From Minisyncoccia bacterium (GTDB taxonomy: Bacteria; Patescibacteriota; Minisyncoccia; SW-4-49-11): 64,000 nucleotides of DNA. The stretch covers positions 1,159 to 65,158 of the forward strand of contig JBIIRM010000001.1 in assembly GCA_044341565.1 (NCBI GenBank), read 5' to 3'. The notes beneath the pieces are model-generated. The model made no database searches and had not been told where the DNA came from. It saw only the letters and a list, made by a program, of their open reading frames with translations. Of the stretch, positions 10,786 to 18,475 are shown piece by piece; positions within the stretch are counted from its first letter, which is position 1, and every line of letters starts with the position of its first letter. The translations under genes and the position numbers were made by a program.

Positions 10786-11515
10786 AAGACACAATATTAG
10801 AAGAATGATCGAGCTGCGAGCAAATATTTAGATGATCTATTTCCCATCCCGAAAGGCAGGGGATATATGTTATATATCCTGCTGAGGGTGGTATACGGAG
10901 GTTTCTATCCTCGAGTATATCGAGGGTTTCAGGGTATTGTATATTTTTTATTTCAACATTAGCTAAGATATGAAAGGATGAGAGCGTAAATGAAGACTGA
11001 TTATTATCTGCTTCTACATATTGCCAGCGATACCTAGTTGTAAGTAGATCGGGCTCTATTGCGATCTTTGTATCAAGATAAGCTATGAGGAGATGTATGT
11101 CAAAGTTTGCTCCAGAGATATCTATAAATTTACCTGTTTCAAGTTTTTGTAAAAGATATTTTCTTTTCCTCGAGCTATGGAGATCAAGATATGCAAGTAA
11201 CAAATTCACACCTTGAATTTGTATATGCAGGCAGGGATTATTATCAATATTATCCCAATTTACATGAGGAGGATGAACTGCATATTGTAACTTTTCTTTA
11301 TAAGACAATACTACGCAGGAACGGGGTCGGTGAATGAAATGTGTAGCCACTCTATATATATTGTTAATACTCTCGATATCTCGATGAGTGGCATTGAGTA
11401 GAATGCAATATTGGGCGGGTAGGCTCTGTAAAAATTGCTTAAGATTAGTTCTCCGATAAATTTTATCCATATCAAGAATGATCAGGGAAAAAGTTTTAGG
11501 TCCAGAATCATACAT
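10784..11515 (-). CDS. Orphan protein, possibly a degenerate EEP (DNase I-like) fold
   Basis: 243-aa ORF with its own extended -10 (TATGCTATACT) and terminator. The fold is a guess from strand and motif spacing only. Confidence 0.6.
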   Translation of the reverse strand: MYDSGPKTFSLIILDMDKIYRRTNLKQFLQSLPAQYCILLNATHRDIESINNIYRVATHFIHRPRSCVVLSYKEKLQYAVHPPHVNWDNIDNNPCLHIQIQGVNLLLAYLDLHSSRKRKYLLQKLETGKFIDISGANFDIHLLIAYLDTKIAIEPDLLTTRYRWQYVEADNNQSSFTLSSFHILANVEIKNIQYPETLDILEDRNLRIPPSAGYITYIPCLSGWEIDHLNICSQLDHSSNIVS

Positions 11516-11560
11516 GGGAAGGTACAGTAACTATATGTAGTATAGCATATTTTAAAGAAG

Positions 11561-11616
11561 TCCTCCTCCGTCCCTCTCATATAAATATGGGAGGGACACC
11601 TCCCCCAAGGGAGGAC
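11561..11616. repeat. REP/MITE-like two-hairpin element
   Basis: CCTCC-GTCCCTCTCATA-TAAA-TATGGGAGGGAC-A-CCTCCC-CCAA-GGGAGG: a 12-bp and a 6-bp stem in an intergenic region. Confidence 0.55.
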
Positions 11617-11623
11617 AGAGTAC

Positions 11624-11651
11624 AAGAAAAAAGCCAGCTTCTAAACTGGCT
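11624..11651 (-). terminator. Intrinsic terminator of ORF 11641-12231 (stop codon in loop)
   Basis: AGCCAGTT-TAGA-AGCTGGCT then TTTTTCTT. Confidence 0.8.
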
Positions 11652-12231
11652 CAGAGGGGATATGTGAAATCCAATGGAAATGGCTAACTCGAAGGGGGGA
11701 TTGTATATTGGTATATCCTCGAAAATCAAATTGATTGATATCAAGATAGCATTCGAATCTATGCATTGTCATCTGTGTGGCAATGCCTGGATAGGGGTTA
11801 CTATAATCATCTCTAGGATTTGCTACCTGCAATTGTCTCCGTGCTATGATTTGAAAGGGTTGTATGGGTATTCTGAGTTCTTCATCAGCTATTGCCTCAA
11901 AGGCCTTCTTACAAGGGATTTCGTCTCGATGAAGCTGTTTGATAATGGAATAGGGTTTGAGTATATTGGATCTTAGGATTTTTCCATCTTTGAAACTATG
12001 GCCCTCTTCTCTCAATACAAGTAATTCATCAGGATGAGGGTTGAAATAGACAGATATAGCTGTTATTGCAATATGTCGAGTGAGAGTATTATTCTCACAA
12101 TTTACTGTACTATAGCCAGTATTGACTTCATCAATCAAATGAGTGGCAGTTTTTGTACCATTAATTCCCCACAAACTGAGGTCAATATCTGTCTCACGAA
12201 TCATCCCAAACAAATCTTGTAGGGCAAACAT
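11641..12231 (-). CDS. Nudix-fold-like protein with a degenerate Nudix box
   Basis: N-terminal WGxxGxKTxxHLxxE motif and EIPCKKAFEAIADEELRI resembling GX5EX7REUXEEXGU. Has its own TATGATATAAT promoter. Confidence 0.55.
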   Translation of the reverse strand: MFALQDLFGMIRETDIDLSLWGINGTKTATHLIDEVNTGYSTVNCENNTLTRHIAITAISVYFNPHPDELLVLREEGHSFKDGKILRSNILKPYSIIKQLHRDEIPCKKAFEAIADEELRIPIQPFQIIARRQLQVANPRDDYSNPYPGIATQMTMHRFECYLDINQFDFRGYTNIQSPLRVSHFHWISHIPSEPV

Positions 12232-12280
12232 TTTTTCTGGTGCAAGGTACTATTATATTATATCATATTTGAGGTTGGGT

Positions 12281-12322
12281 AAAATAACAAAATGTCCCCT
12301 GACACCGATTCGGCGTCAGGGG
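12281..12322 (-). terminator. Intrinsic terminator of the 12328-12516 unit
   Basis: CCCCTGACGCCG-AAT-CGGTGTCAGGGG then ACATTTTGTTATTTT. Confidence 0.8.
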
Positions 12323-12327
12323 GGATG

Positions 12328-12516
12328 TCAGGAGATGGCTGTACTGAATGCCACCAAATCTCCCGAGGGGGAGAAAACTTCCACGAGGTGGAAGCGTCCC
12401 AGCTCAAGGGCTGGGACTGGCTGTGGGCCAGTGGGCCGAGGGGATGGTTTCCCTGGCTTCCCCTTGGTGGGGATGAAGTTGGGGAGTTTGACTCCCCCCT
12501 GATTACGAAGTTTCAT
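12328..12516 (-). other. GC-rich hairpin-tiled transcription unit: 62-aa Pro-rich ORF or structured ncRNA
   Basis: Bounded by a perfect sigma70 promoter and a terminator. About 60% GC with seven consecutive stem-loops. Confidence 0.6.
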
Positions 12517-12542
12517 GGTGTTTTCACCTTAGGTCAATTACA

Positions 12543-12571
12543 ATTATAGCACAAAACCACTAATTTGTCAA
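12543..12571 (-). promoter_or_regulatory. Consensus sigma70 promoter
   Basis: TTGACA-17 nt (ending TGTGC)-TATAAT. Confidence 0.85.
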
Positions 12572-12591
12572 TATCAGATAACATTAAATGT

Positions 12592-12622
12592 AAAAGAAAA
12601 AGACCTGTATCTAATACGGGTC
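12592..12622 (-). terminator. Intrinsic terminator of ORF 12611-12844 (TAG is the loop)
   Basis: GACCCGTAT-TAG-ATACAGGTC then TTTTTCTTTT. Confidence 0.8.
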
Positions 12623-12844
12623 AAGTGGGAGGAATTGGTATCTTTGAGCATCGAGCTCATCATGCTGCTCCTTGGTAAGGGGGTATTCTCTTGGAGGGAG
12701 CTTTTCATTTAAAGGTCGCCTTGGATCCCAAGGGATTATGAAGTCCTTCTCAGGGTCAATATAGGCCTTGAGCCAAATGGAATAGGGAATACCATTCTTG
12801 GCAACCCATTCGGGGCTATACGGTTCGAGATTGGTGATGGTCAT
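12611..12844 (-). CDS. Small orphan protein (77 aa)
   Basis: ORF with TATAAT at 12866-12871, a leader motif shared with the 10784-11515 gene, and its own terminator. Confidence 0.65.
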   Translation of the reverse strand: MTITNLEPYSPEWVAKNGIPYSIWLKAYIDPEKDFIIPWDPRRPLNEKLPPREYPLTKEQHDELDAQRYQFLPLDPY

Positions 12845-12890
12845 AAAGGTTCAGTAACTACGGGCATTATATACTAGGGCTACTAAAATA

Positions 12891-14174
12891 TCAAGTATTC
12901 CGACGATTTTGATATATACTTACAAGAGTAGTAATTATAAATAGTCCTGTCATATTCCAGAGCACAGCATTCACAATGCTTTCTAGGGATGAATTATTAT
13001 ATACAATAGCAATAGCCATGGTAATGCTTCCAATTATAGGGAATATACTAAGACTATATTTTTGAATAGAGAGATTATAATTGACGAGTACATTGATAAG
13101 AGAATACATCCCCATAATAAGAGCGAATTTCCCAAGTAGAGGTATTATGGGGGAGAATTTGTCTCCTAATAGGGTGTTGACTATAAGCTCGGGGAAAGAT
13201 TGATACAATATAAAAGCAATTAAGCTCATCAGTCCTACTGAGGCGAGAGAGGCATACAGCATTTTGTGATGTGGTTCATCTACGGTATGGCGGGCTGAGA
13301 CAATAGGGAACATTGCCATAGGTATAGCGGAAGTAGCAAAGAAAATAATTTTACCTAATGTAGCAAGTCCTGCATAATCTCCCGATGTCTCATCAATAAG
13401 ATAATGTTTAGCGAGAATTATATCAACAGAATTGAGTAGAGTTATTCCTAATACGGCAACTGTTGTGGGTATGGTGTAAATAATAATATCCCTCCATTTG
13501 AAATGGGGTAATTTAGGGGATTCTGGCTTATACTCTTTTAGTATATCGCGGAGGAAATATAAGGATAGTCCAAGCATGAATATACTGGCTATTGGTACAG
13601 CCAGCATTGCACCAGTTACAGGTGACATTGGCCAAAAAGGTAATGTAAGTATAATAAGTGCTGATATTTTTGCTATTACTCCAAAAAGGCTAGCAATAGA
13701 AAATCCAGTAAATCTTTGAGTACCTTGTAAGACACTGGTCCCAATAGAGCCTATCAGGGATAGCCCGAGAGCTAAGGCAAGTATAATAAGTGGTCCAAAG
13801 GATTCGAGATGCAGGAAACGATAAATAAATGGACTTGCTATACCAAATAGCATAATGAGTCCAAGGGATATAAGTCCAAGATAATAGGATAAAATACGAA
13901 TAAAAGAAGCAAGGGCAGGATAATCTTTTTTGGCATAGAGTACTGATGAGAATTTGATTACTACTAAACTCAAGGCTCCCCCCAATACAATTATAATGGT
14001 AAGTAGGGAGAATAAGCTAGCAAAAGTACCGAGTTGTTCTTTGTCGAGTATACGGGCCACAATAATATTGAATACATAATTGAGAGCTCCCACTCCAAAT
14101 GATCCAATAAATACAATCATTCCTCCACGAAATAGAGGGCTATGATATTGTTTTTTTATAAAGGCTTTCACCAT
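12891..14174 (-). CDS. Oligosaccharide flippase (Wzx/MATE-like)
   Basis: About 12 TM segments; NYVFNIIVARIL, DIILAKHYL and MFPIVS motifs. Confidence 0.85.
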   Translation of the reverse strand: MVKAFIKKQYHSPLFRGGMIVFIGSFGVGALNYVFNIIVARILDKEQLGTFASLFSLLTIIIVLGGALSLVVIKFSSVLYAKKDYPALASFIRILSYYLGLISLGLIMLFGIASPFIYRFLHLESFGPLIILALALGLSLIGSIGTSVLQGTQRFTGFSIASLFGVIAKISALIILTLPFWPMSPVTGAMLAVPIASIFMLGLSLYFLRDILKEYKPESPKLPHFKWRDIIIYTIPTTVAVLGITLLNSVDIILAKHYLIDETSGDYAGLATLGKIIFFATSAIPMAMFPIVSARHTVDEPHHKMLYASLASVGLMSLIAFILYQSFPELIVNTLLGDKFSPIIPLLGKFALIMGMYSLINVLVNYNLSIQKYSLSIFPIIGSITMAIAIVYNNSSLESIVNAVLWNMTGLFIITTLVSIYQNRRNT

Positions 14175-14262
14175 AACATATTTTCTAGTGACAATTGTAT
14201 CTAGTATACCATTGTCTTATGGTTTGTGCTATAATACTACTAATAATCGAGTATCAGAGTAT

Positions 14263-15165
14263 ATGAATTTAAAGACGGTATTACAAGGAATTGCTATGGG
14301 TGTAGCCGAGCTTATCCCTGGACTTAATGCTGCTACCTTAGCTTTGGTTTTAGGGATATATGAGAAATTTATTGATTTATTATTCCAATTCTCACGGCTG
14401 ATTAAAACAGGGTTTTCTGTCATCATATTACGCCGTGGACAATGGTCTGAAGTTAAAAAAGTGGCTCAGGCTATTCCTTGGGGATTTGGTATTTCATTAT
14501 TTGTAGGAACTTTGATTGCAATAATTGGATTGTCCCAATTATTACATACTCTCTTGGATATTGTCCCTCAATATGTTTATGGATTTTTCTTTGGACTTAT
14601 ATTAGCATCTCTCTCCGTGCCATGGGCAAGTATTCATAAAAAAGAATCTATTCATTATATTCTTCTTATTGTATCGAGTATTATTTTCTTTGGAGTATTT
14701 TCATTAACTCCTACCGAGCTTATTACCAGCCCATCTTATGTATATATTTTTATTGGGGGAGTATTAGGAGTGGCTTCTATGTTACTCGGATCAGGAGGTT
14801 CTACTGTTTTAGTTGCAATGGGACTATATCAATATATACTCGGATTAGTAGGAGATATTGTGAAATTAGATTTTACTGCTCTTTTACCGCTCATTATATT
14901 CTTTAGTGGGCTCGGAGTAGGGTTCTTACTCTCTATTAGTTTAATAAAAAAAGCTTTAGCCTCATATCATAGTATTATTATGGCTATTATTACGGGAATT
15001 CTCTTAGCGTCATTACGGGCAATGTGGCCATTTTTTGAGGTTAATGATAAAAGCTATATATTACAAACTCCATGGGATTCAGAATATATACTTGGAATTG
15101 GTATCAGTATATTGATTGGAATTGGGTTAATTGCAGTATTCAAAAAGTATTCAGATAAAGTATAA
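14263..15165 (+). CDS. DUF368 family membrane protein (putative undecaprenyl-phosphate translocase)
   Basis: GIAMGVAELIPG...ATLALVLGIYE signature. Start moved to ATG 14263, downstream of a TGTGCTATAAT promoter. Confidence 0.85.
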   Translation: MNLKTVLQGIAMGVAELIPGLNAATLALVLGIYEKFIDLLFQFSRLIKTGFSVIILRRGQWSEVKKVAQAIPWGFGISLFVGTLIAIIGLSQLLHTLLDIVPQYVYGFFFGLILASLSVPWASIHKKESIHYILLIVSSIIFFGVFSLTPTELITSPSYVYIFIGGVLGVASMLLGSGGSTVLVAMGLYQYILGLVGDIVKLDFTALLPLIIFFSGLGVGFLLSISLIKKALASYHSIIMAIITGILLASLRAMWPFFEVNDKSYILQTPWDSEYILGIGISILIGIGLIAVFKKYSDKV

Positions 15166-15168
15166 TAT

Positions 15169-16074
15169 ATGGCAGATATTGCATTAGATATAAAAGGGTT
15201 ATATAAGACATATAATGATGGTAAGGTTAAAGCTCTCAATGGAGTAGATTTAACGATATATAAAGGAGAGATATTCGGGTTACTCGGACCAAATGGAGCG
15301 GGGAAATCTACGCTTATCAATGTACTTACTACACTTGCCAATAAAACGGAGGGTCAGATTATTATTAATGGTATAGATTTTGCTAAATTTCCATCTGAGG
15401 CTAAAACATATCTTGGAGTTGTACCACAAGAATTTAATTTTAATTGGTTTGAAAAAGTTCAGGATATTGTAGCACAGCAGGGAGGATATTATGGTGTGCC
15501 GGTAAAAGAAGCTATAGAATACTCAGAAGTATTACTCAAGAGACTTGGACTTTGGGATAAAAAAGATACTATTGCTATGCAATTATCTGGAGGAATGAAG
15601 CGGCGTCTTATGATAGCCCGAGCCCTTATTCATAAACCAGAAATTTTAATACTCGATGAGCCATCTGCAGGAGTGGATGTTGATCTTCGGCGAGAAATGT
15701 GGGAATTTGTCCGAGAATTGCATGAAGAAGGGGTTACTATTATTCTTACCACACATTATCTAGAGGAAGCAGAGAATCTTTGCGATAGAGTAGGAATTAT
15801 TAATAAAGGGAATATTCTTGAAATAGGTACAGTTAAAGAATTATTATCTGAGCTTACCAAGGATACCTTGATATTAGATATTGTAGGGGAGGCTAAAGGA
15901 CTTCCTGAACGATATCGAATCACTGATGGTGATACCATTGAAACAGATTTACTGAAAGGGGAGGATTTGTATACCATTACCCAAGATTTACATCAACACA
16001 ATATTCAAGTGATGGGAATACGGAATAAGAGTAATAGATTAGAAGAAGTATTCATCAATAAAGTAAATCAATAA
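15169..16074 (+). CDS. ABC transporter ATP-binding protein (YadG-like)
   Basis: GPNGAGKST, LSGGMKRR, ILDEP and TTHYLEE motifs. Confidence 0.92.
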   Translation: MADIALDIKGLYKTYNDGKVKALNGVDLTIYKGEIFGLLGPNGAGKSTLINVLTTLANKTEGQIIINGIDFAKFPSEAKTYLGVVPQEFNFNWFEKVQDIVAQQGGYYGVPVKEAIEYSEVLLKRLGLWDKKDTIAMQLSGGMKRRLMIARALIHKPEILILDEPSAGVDVDLRREMWEFVRELHEEGVTIILTTHYLEEAENLCDRVGIINKGNILEIGTVKELLSELTKDTLILDIVGEAKGLPERYRITDGDTIETDLLKGEDLYTITQDLHQHNIQVMGIRNKSNRLEEVFINKVNQ

Positions 16075-16075
16075 T

Positions 16076-16846
16076 ATGAAAGCACCTATTTGGATACCAT
16101 TATATACGATTATCAATAAAGAAATGATTCGAATTTTTCGAATTTGGACGCAGACATTATTGCCTTCCGTGATTACCACCAGCCTCTACTTTCTTATCTT
16201 TGGAGCTTTTGTAGGTTCACAAATTCGAGATATCGAAGGAGTGAGCTATATGCAATTCATTGTACCAGGACTTGTCATGATGGCAATTATTACTAATGCC
16301 TTTATGAATGTAGTGGGTTCATTTTTTGGAGCTAAATTTGGGAAAAGCATAGAAGAATTACTAGTATCTCCAACACCAAATTGGGTAATTGTGTGGGGTT
16401 ATGTTATTGGAGGAGTTGTACGAGGACTGGTTGTAGGAGTATTGGTGCTGATTATCGCATTATTATTTACCAAGCTGACTATTATGAATTTATGGGCAGT
16501 AATTCTGTTCTCGGTCCTAACGGCGGTAGTATTTTCTCTTGGGGGACTTATGAATGCCGTCTTTGCCAAAAAATTTGATCATACCGCTATTGTCCCAACC
16601 TTTGTATTAACTCCGCTTACCTATCTTGGAGGAGTATTTTATTCCGTTAATGCTCTCCCAGAATTCTGGCAAAATGTCTCACGATTTAATCCTATTCTGT
16701 ATATGGTAAATGGATTTAGATATGGATTTTTTGGAATATCTGATGTCAATATTGGGATATCTGTAACCATTCTTGTAATACTTGTACTGGTACTCTCTAT
16801 TTCTGATTTAATGCTACTCCGTAAGGGTGTTGGATTGAGGAGTTAG
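16076..16846 (+). CDS. ABC-2 permease (YadH-like)
   Basis: RIWTQTLLP, YMQFIVPGL and NPILYMVNGFRYG motifs. Confidence 0.92.
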   Translation: MKAPIWIPLYTIINKEMIRIFRIWTQTLLPSVITTSLYFLIFGAFVGSQIRDIEGVSYMQFIVPGLVMMAIITNAFMNVVGSFFGAKFGKSIEELLVSPTPNWVIVWGYVIGGVVRGLVVGVLVLIIALLFTKLTIMNLWAVILFSVLTAVVFSLGGLMNAVFAKKFDHTAIVPTFVLTPLTYLGGVFYSVNALPEFWQNVSRFNPILYMVNGFRYGFFGISDVNIGISVTILVILVLVLSISDLMLLRKGVGLRS

Positions 16847-16848
16847 GG

Positions 16849-16875
16849 AAAGAAAAACCCCTCCTAAGAGGGGCT
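16849..16875 (-). terminator. Intrinsic terminator of ORF 16864-17445 (stop codon in loop)
   Basis: AGCCCCTC-TTAG-GAGGGGTT then TTTCTTT. Confidence 0.8.
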
Positions 16876-17445
16876 GGTGGTAAATTTTGCGATGAGCTTC
16901 TGAAATTGGTTGAGGCCATCGGCGAGGTCTCTCTCGAGATTTCCTGTTTGAGTCAAGACTAGTGAAGATATATCTTTGAAGGAATCTAGAGGTTCATTAT
17001 GCCGCAAGATTCGCTCCATAGGTATCCCTCGCTGTATCAAGATATCTTGTGGGACATCGAGAGTCACATATATCACCGGTGGGCGATATAGCTGTATTCT
17101 TTTGTCGAGAGATATTCTCTGGAGTATCATGGTAGAGAGGAATATCGTACCTTGCTCCCGTTGAGGCTCAATGGTTGGGAGATCAACACCATAGAGATGA
17201 TTTCCTGCCTCAAGCCTCTCCCAATTGGCCTCACCCGCCTTTTTCTCTAAATCATAATACTGCTCTCTACTGACAAAGGTGTATTCGAAAGATAGGGTGT
17301 CCTCTTTACGGTGACTATTATCGGGAGGGCGAGTGGTATAGAGCTTTAGGAATTTGGTCCGGGGAATATGCTCGAGAAGATGGCGGATGAGGGTTGTTTT
17401 CCCTGCGCCACTGGCTCCGACAAGGGTGATGAAAGGTGCGGTCAT
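16864..17445 (-). CDS. Divergent guanylate kinase-like P-loop kinase
   Basis: GASGAGKTT P-loop, YTTRPP, EYTFVS and NHLYG motifs. Own promoter TTGACA-17-TACGAT (17469-17497). Confidence 0.75.
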   Translation of the reverse strand: MTAPFITLVGASGAGKTTLIRHLLEHIPRTKFLKLYTTRPPDNSHRKEDTLSFEYTFVSREQYYDLEKKAGEANWERLEAGNHLYGVDLPTIEPQREQGTIFLSTMILQRISLDKRIQLYRPPVIYVTLDVPQDILIQRGIPMERILRHNEPLDSFKDISSLVLTQTGNLERDLADGLNQFQKLIAKFTTSPS

Positions 17446-17523
17446 AATACCTTTAAATTAACATAAATATCGTATTTAAAAAGAGTGTAATTGTCAAATG
17501 AGTGGGGATGTTTTTCTTCCGTA

Positions 17524-17540
17524 TTGCAAATTATTTGCAA
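17524..17540. promoter_or_regulatory. Palindromic operator candidate overlapping the -35 of the CooC-like gene
   Basis: TTGCAAA-TTA-TTTGCAA perfect 7-3-7 inverted repeat, with TATACT 16 nt downstream. Confidence 0.55.
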
Positions 17541-17600
17541 AATGGGGAAATTAGTGTATACTGGTGTGATAGTATAATTCTCATATAATTATTTAGGGAT

Positions 17601-18434
17601 ATGATTTTAGCATTTTTAGGTAAGGGTGGTAGTGGTAAATCTTCTGTATCTACTCAGATGGCTCTTCATCTTTCTTCTCAGAGGAAAAATGTATTGGCTA
17701 TTGATGCTGATCATAATATGGATTTGTCATATAATCTGGGGGGAGAAGATATGATGTATTATGGAAAGGCTTTAATGGATTTGCAATTAGCAGTTGGTCT
17801 TGATAAATCAGAGAAATATTCAGCTGCATTTCTTCAGAAGATAGGGAAACGATTTACTTTATCTCCATTAGCTTCTGAAATTGAGAAGTATTCTGTGAAA
17901 TTAGAGAATGGTATTCGATTGATGAGTGCTGGACCTCAAACTGATGATGTTCTGTATGGAAAAGCTTGTAGTCATATTTTAACTACTCCATTAAAACTTC
18001 TTCTTCCTTTATTAGAGCTTCAAGAAAATGAGGTTGTGGTAATTGATGAGAAAGCTGGAGCAGATGGAGTATCTACAGGAATTATTACAGGGGTGGATAT
18101 TGGGGTAATAGTATGTGAACCAGCATTACATAGTATCAAAACGGCAAAGCAAATTGCAGAATTAATGAAATTTTATGAAACTCCGTATATGTTTGTAGGG
18201 AATAAAGTAACTTCAAGTGAAGACAAAAATTTTATTGAGGAAAGTTTGGCAGAAATTCCTATTACTTACTTAATGGAAAGTACGAATCTAAAAAGAAATC
18301 CCTCTCTCTTGGTTTCAGAGTGGAGTGATGAGCTGTCCATGATATTCGAACATGCACAAAAGATATCTCAGAATAATCGTTTAGAAAGAACCATAAAGAA
18401 ATTTCAACGAAATCAGGAATTCTCTCATAATTAG
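17601..18434 (+). CDS. CooC/MinD-type ATPase (CO dehydrogenase maturation factor-like)
   Basis: Deviant Walker A GKGGSGKS; AIDAD; IDEKAG; FVGNK. Confidence 0.75.
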   Translation: MILAFLGKGGSGKSSVSTQMALHLSSQRKNVLAIDADHNMDLSYNLGGEDMMYYGKALMDLQLAVGLDKSEKYSAAFLQKIGKRFTLSPLASEIEKYSVKLENGIRLMSAGPQTDDVLYGKACSHILTTPLKLLLPLLELQENEVVVIDEKAGADGVSTGIITGVDIGVIVCEPALHSIKTAKQIAELMKFYETPYMFVGNKVTSSEDKNFIEESLAEIPITYLMESTNLKRNPSLLVSEWSDELSMIFEHAQKISQNNRLERTIKKFQRNQEFSHN

Positions 18435-18475
18435 TTGCCGTTAGCAAAGAGCTCTCGATAAGGGGTTCTTTGGTA

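Noticed and set aside
12334-12528. CRISPR array or tandem repeat
   Set aside because: The hairpins differ in sequence from one another, so there is no repeated unit.
12143-12549. Plus-strand ORFs 12143-12502 and 12292-12549
   Set aside because: The promoter, terminator U-tract and terminator G-U pairing all point to the minus strand. The ORFs arise from stop-poor GC-rich sequence.
10751-12890. Integron cassette array
   Set aside because: There are no RYYYAAC...GTTRRRY attC-like sites and no integrase, and the genes carry their own promoters.
17575-18433. Similar AATTCTC...ATAATTA 16-mers flanking the CooC-like gene as a target-site duplication
   Set aside because: The match is imperfect and AT-rich, so it is plausible by chance.
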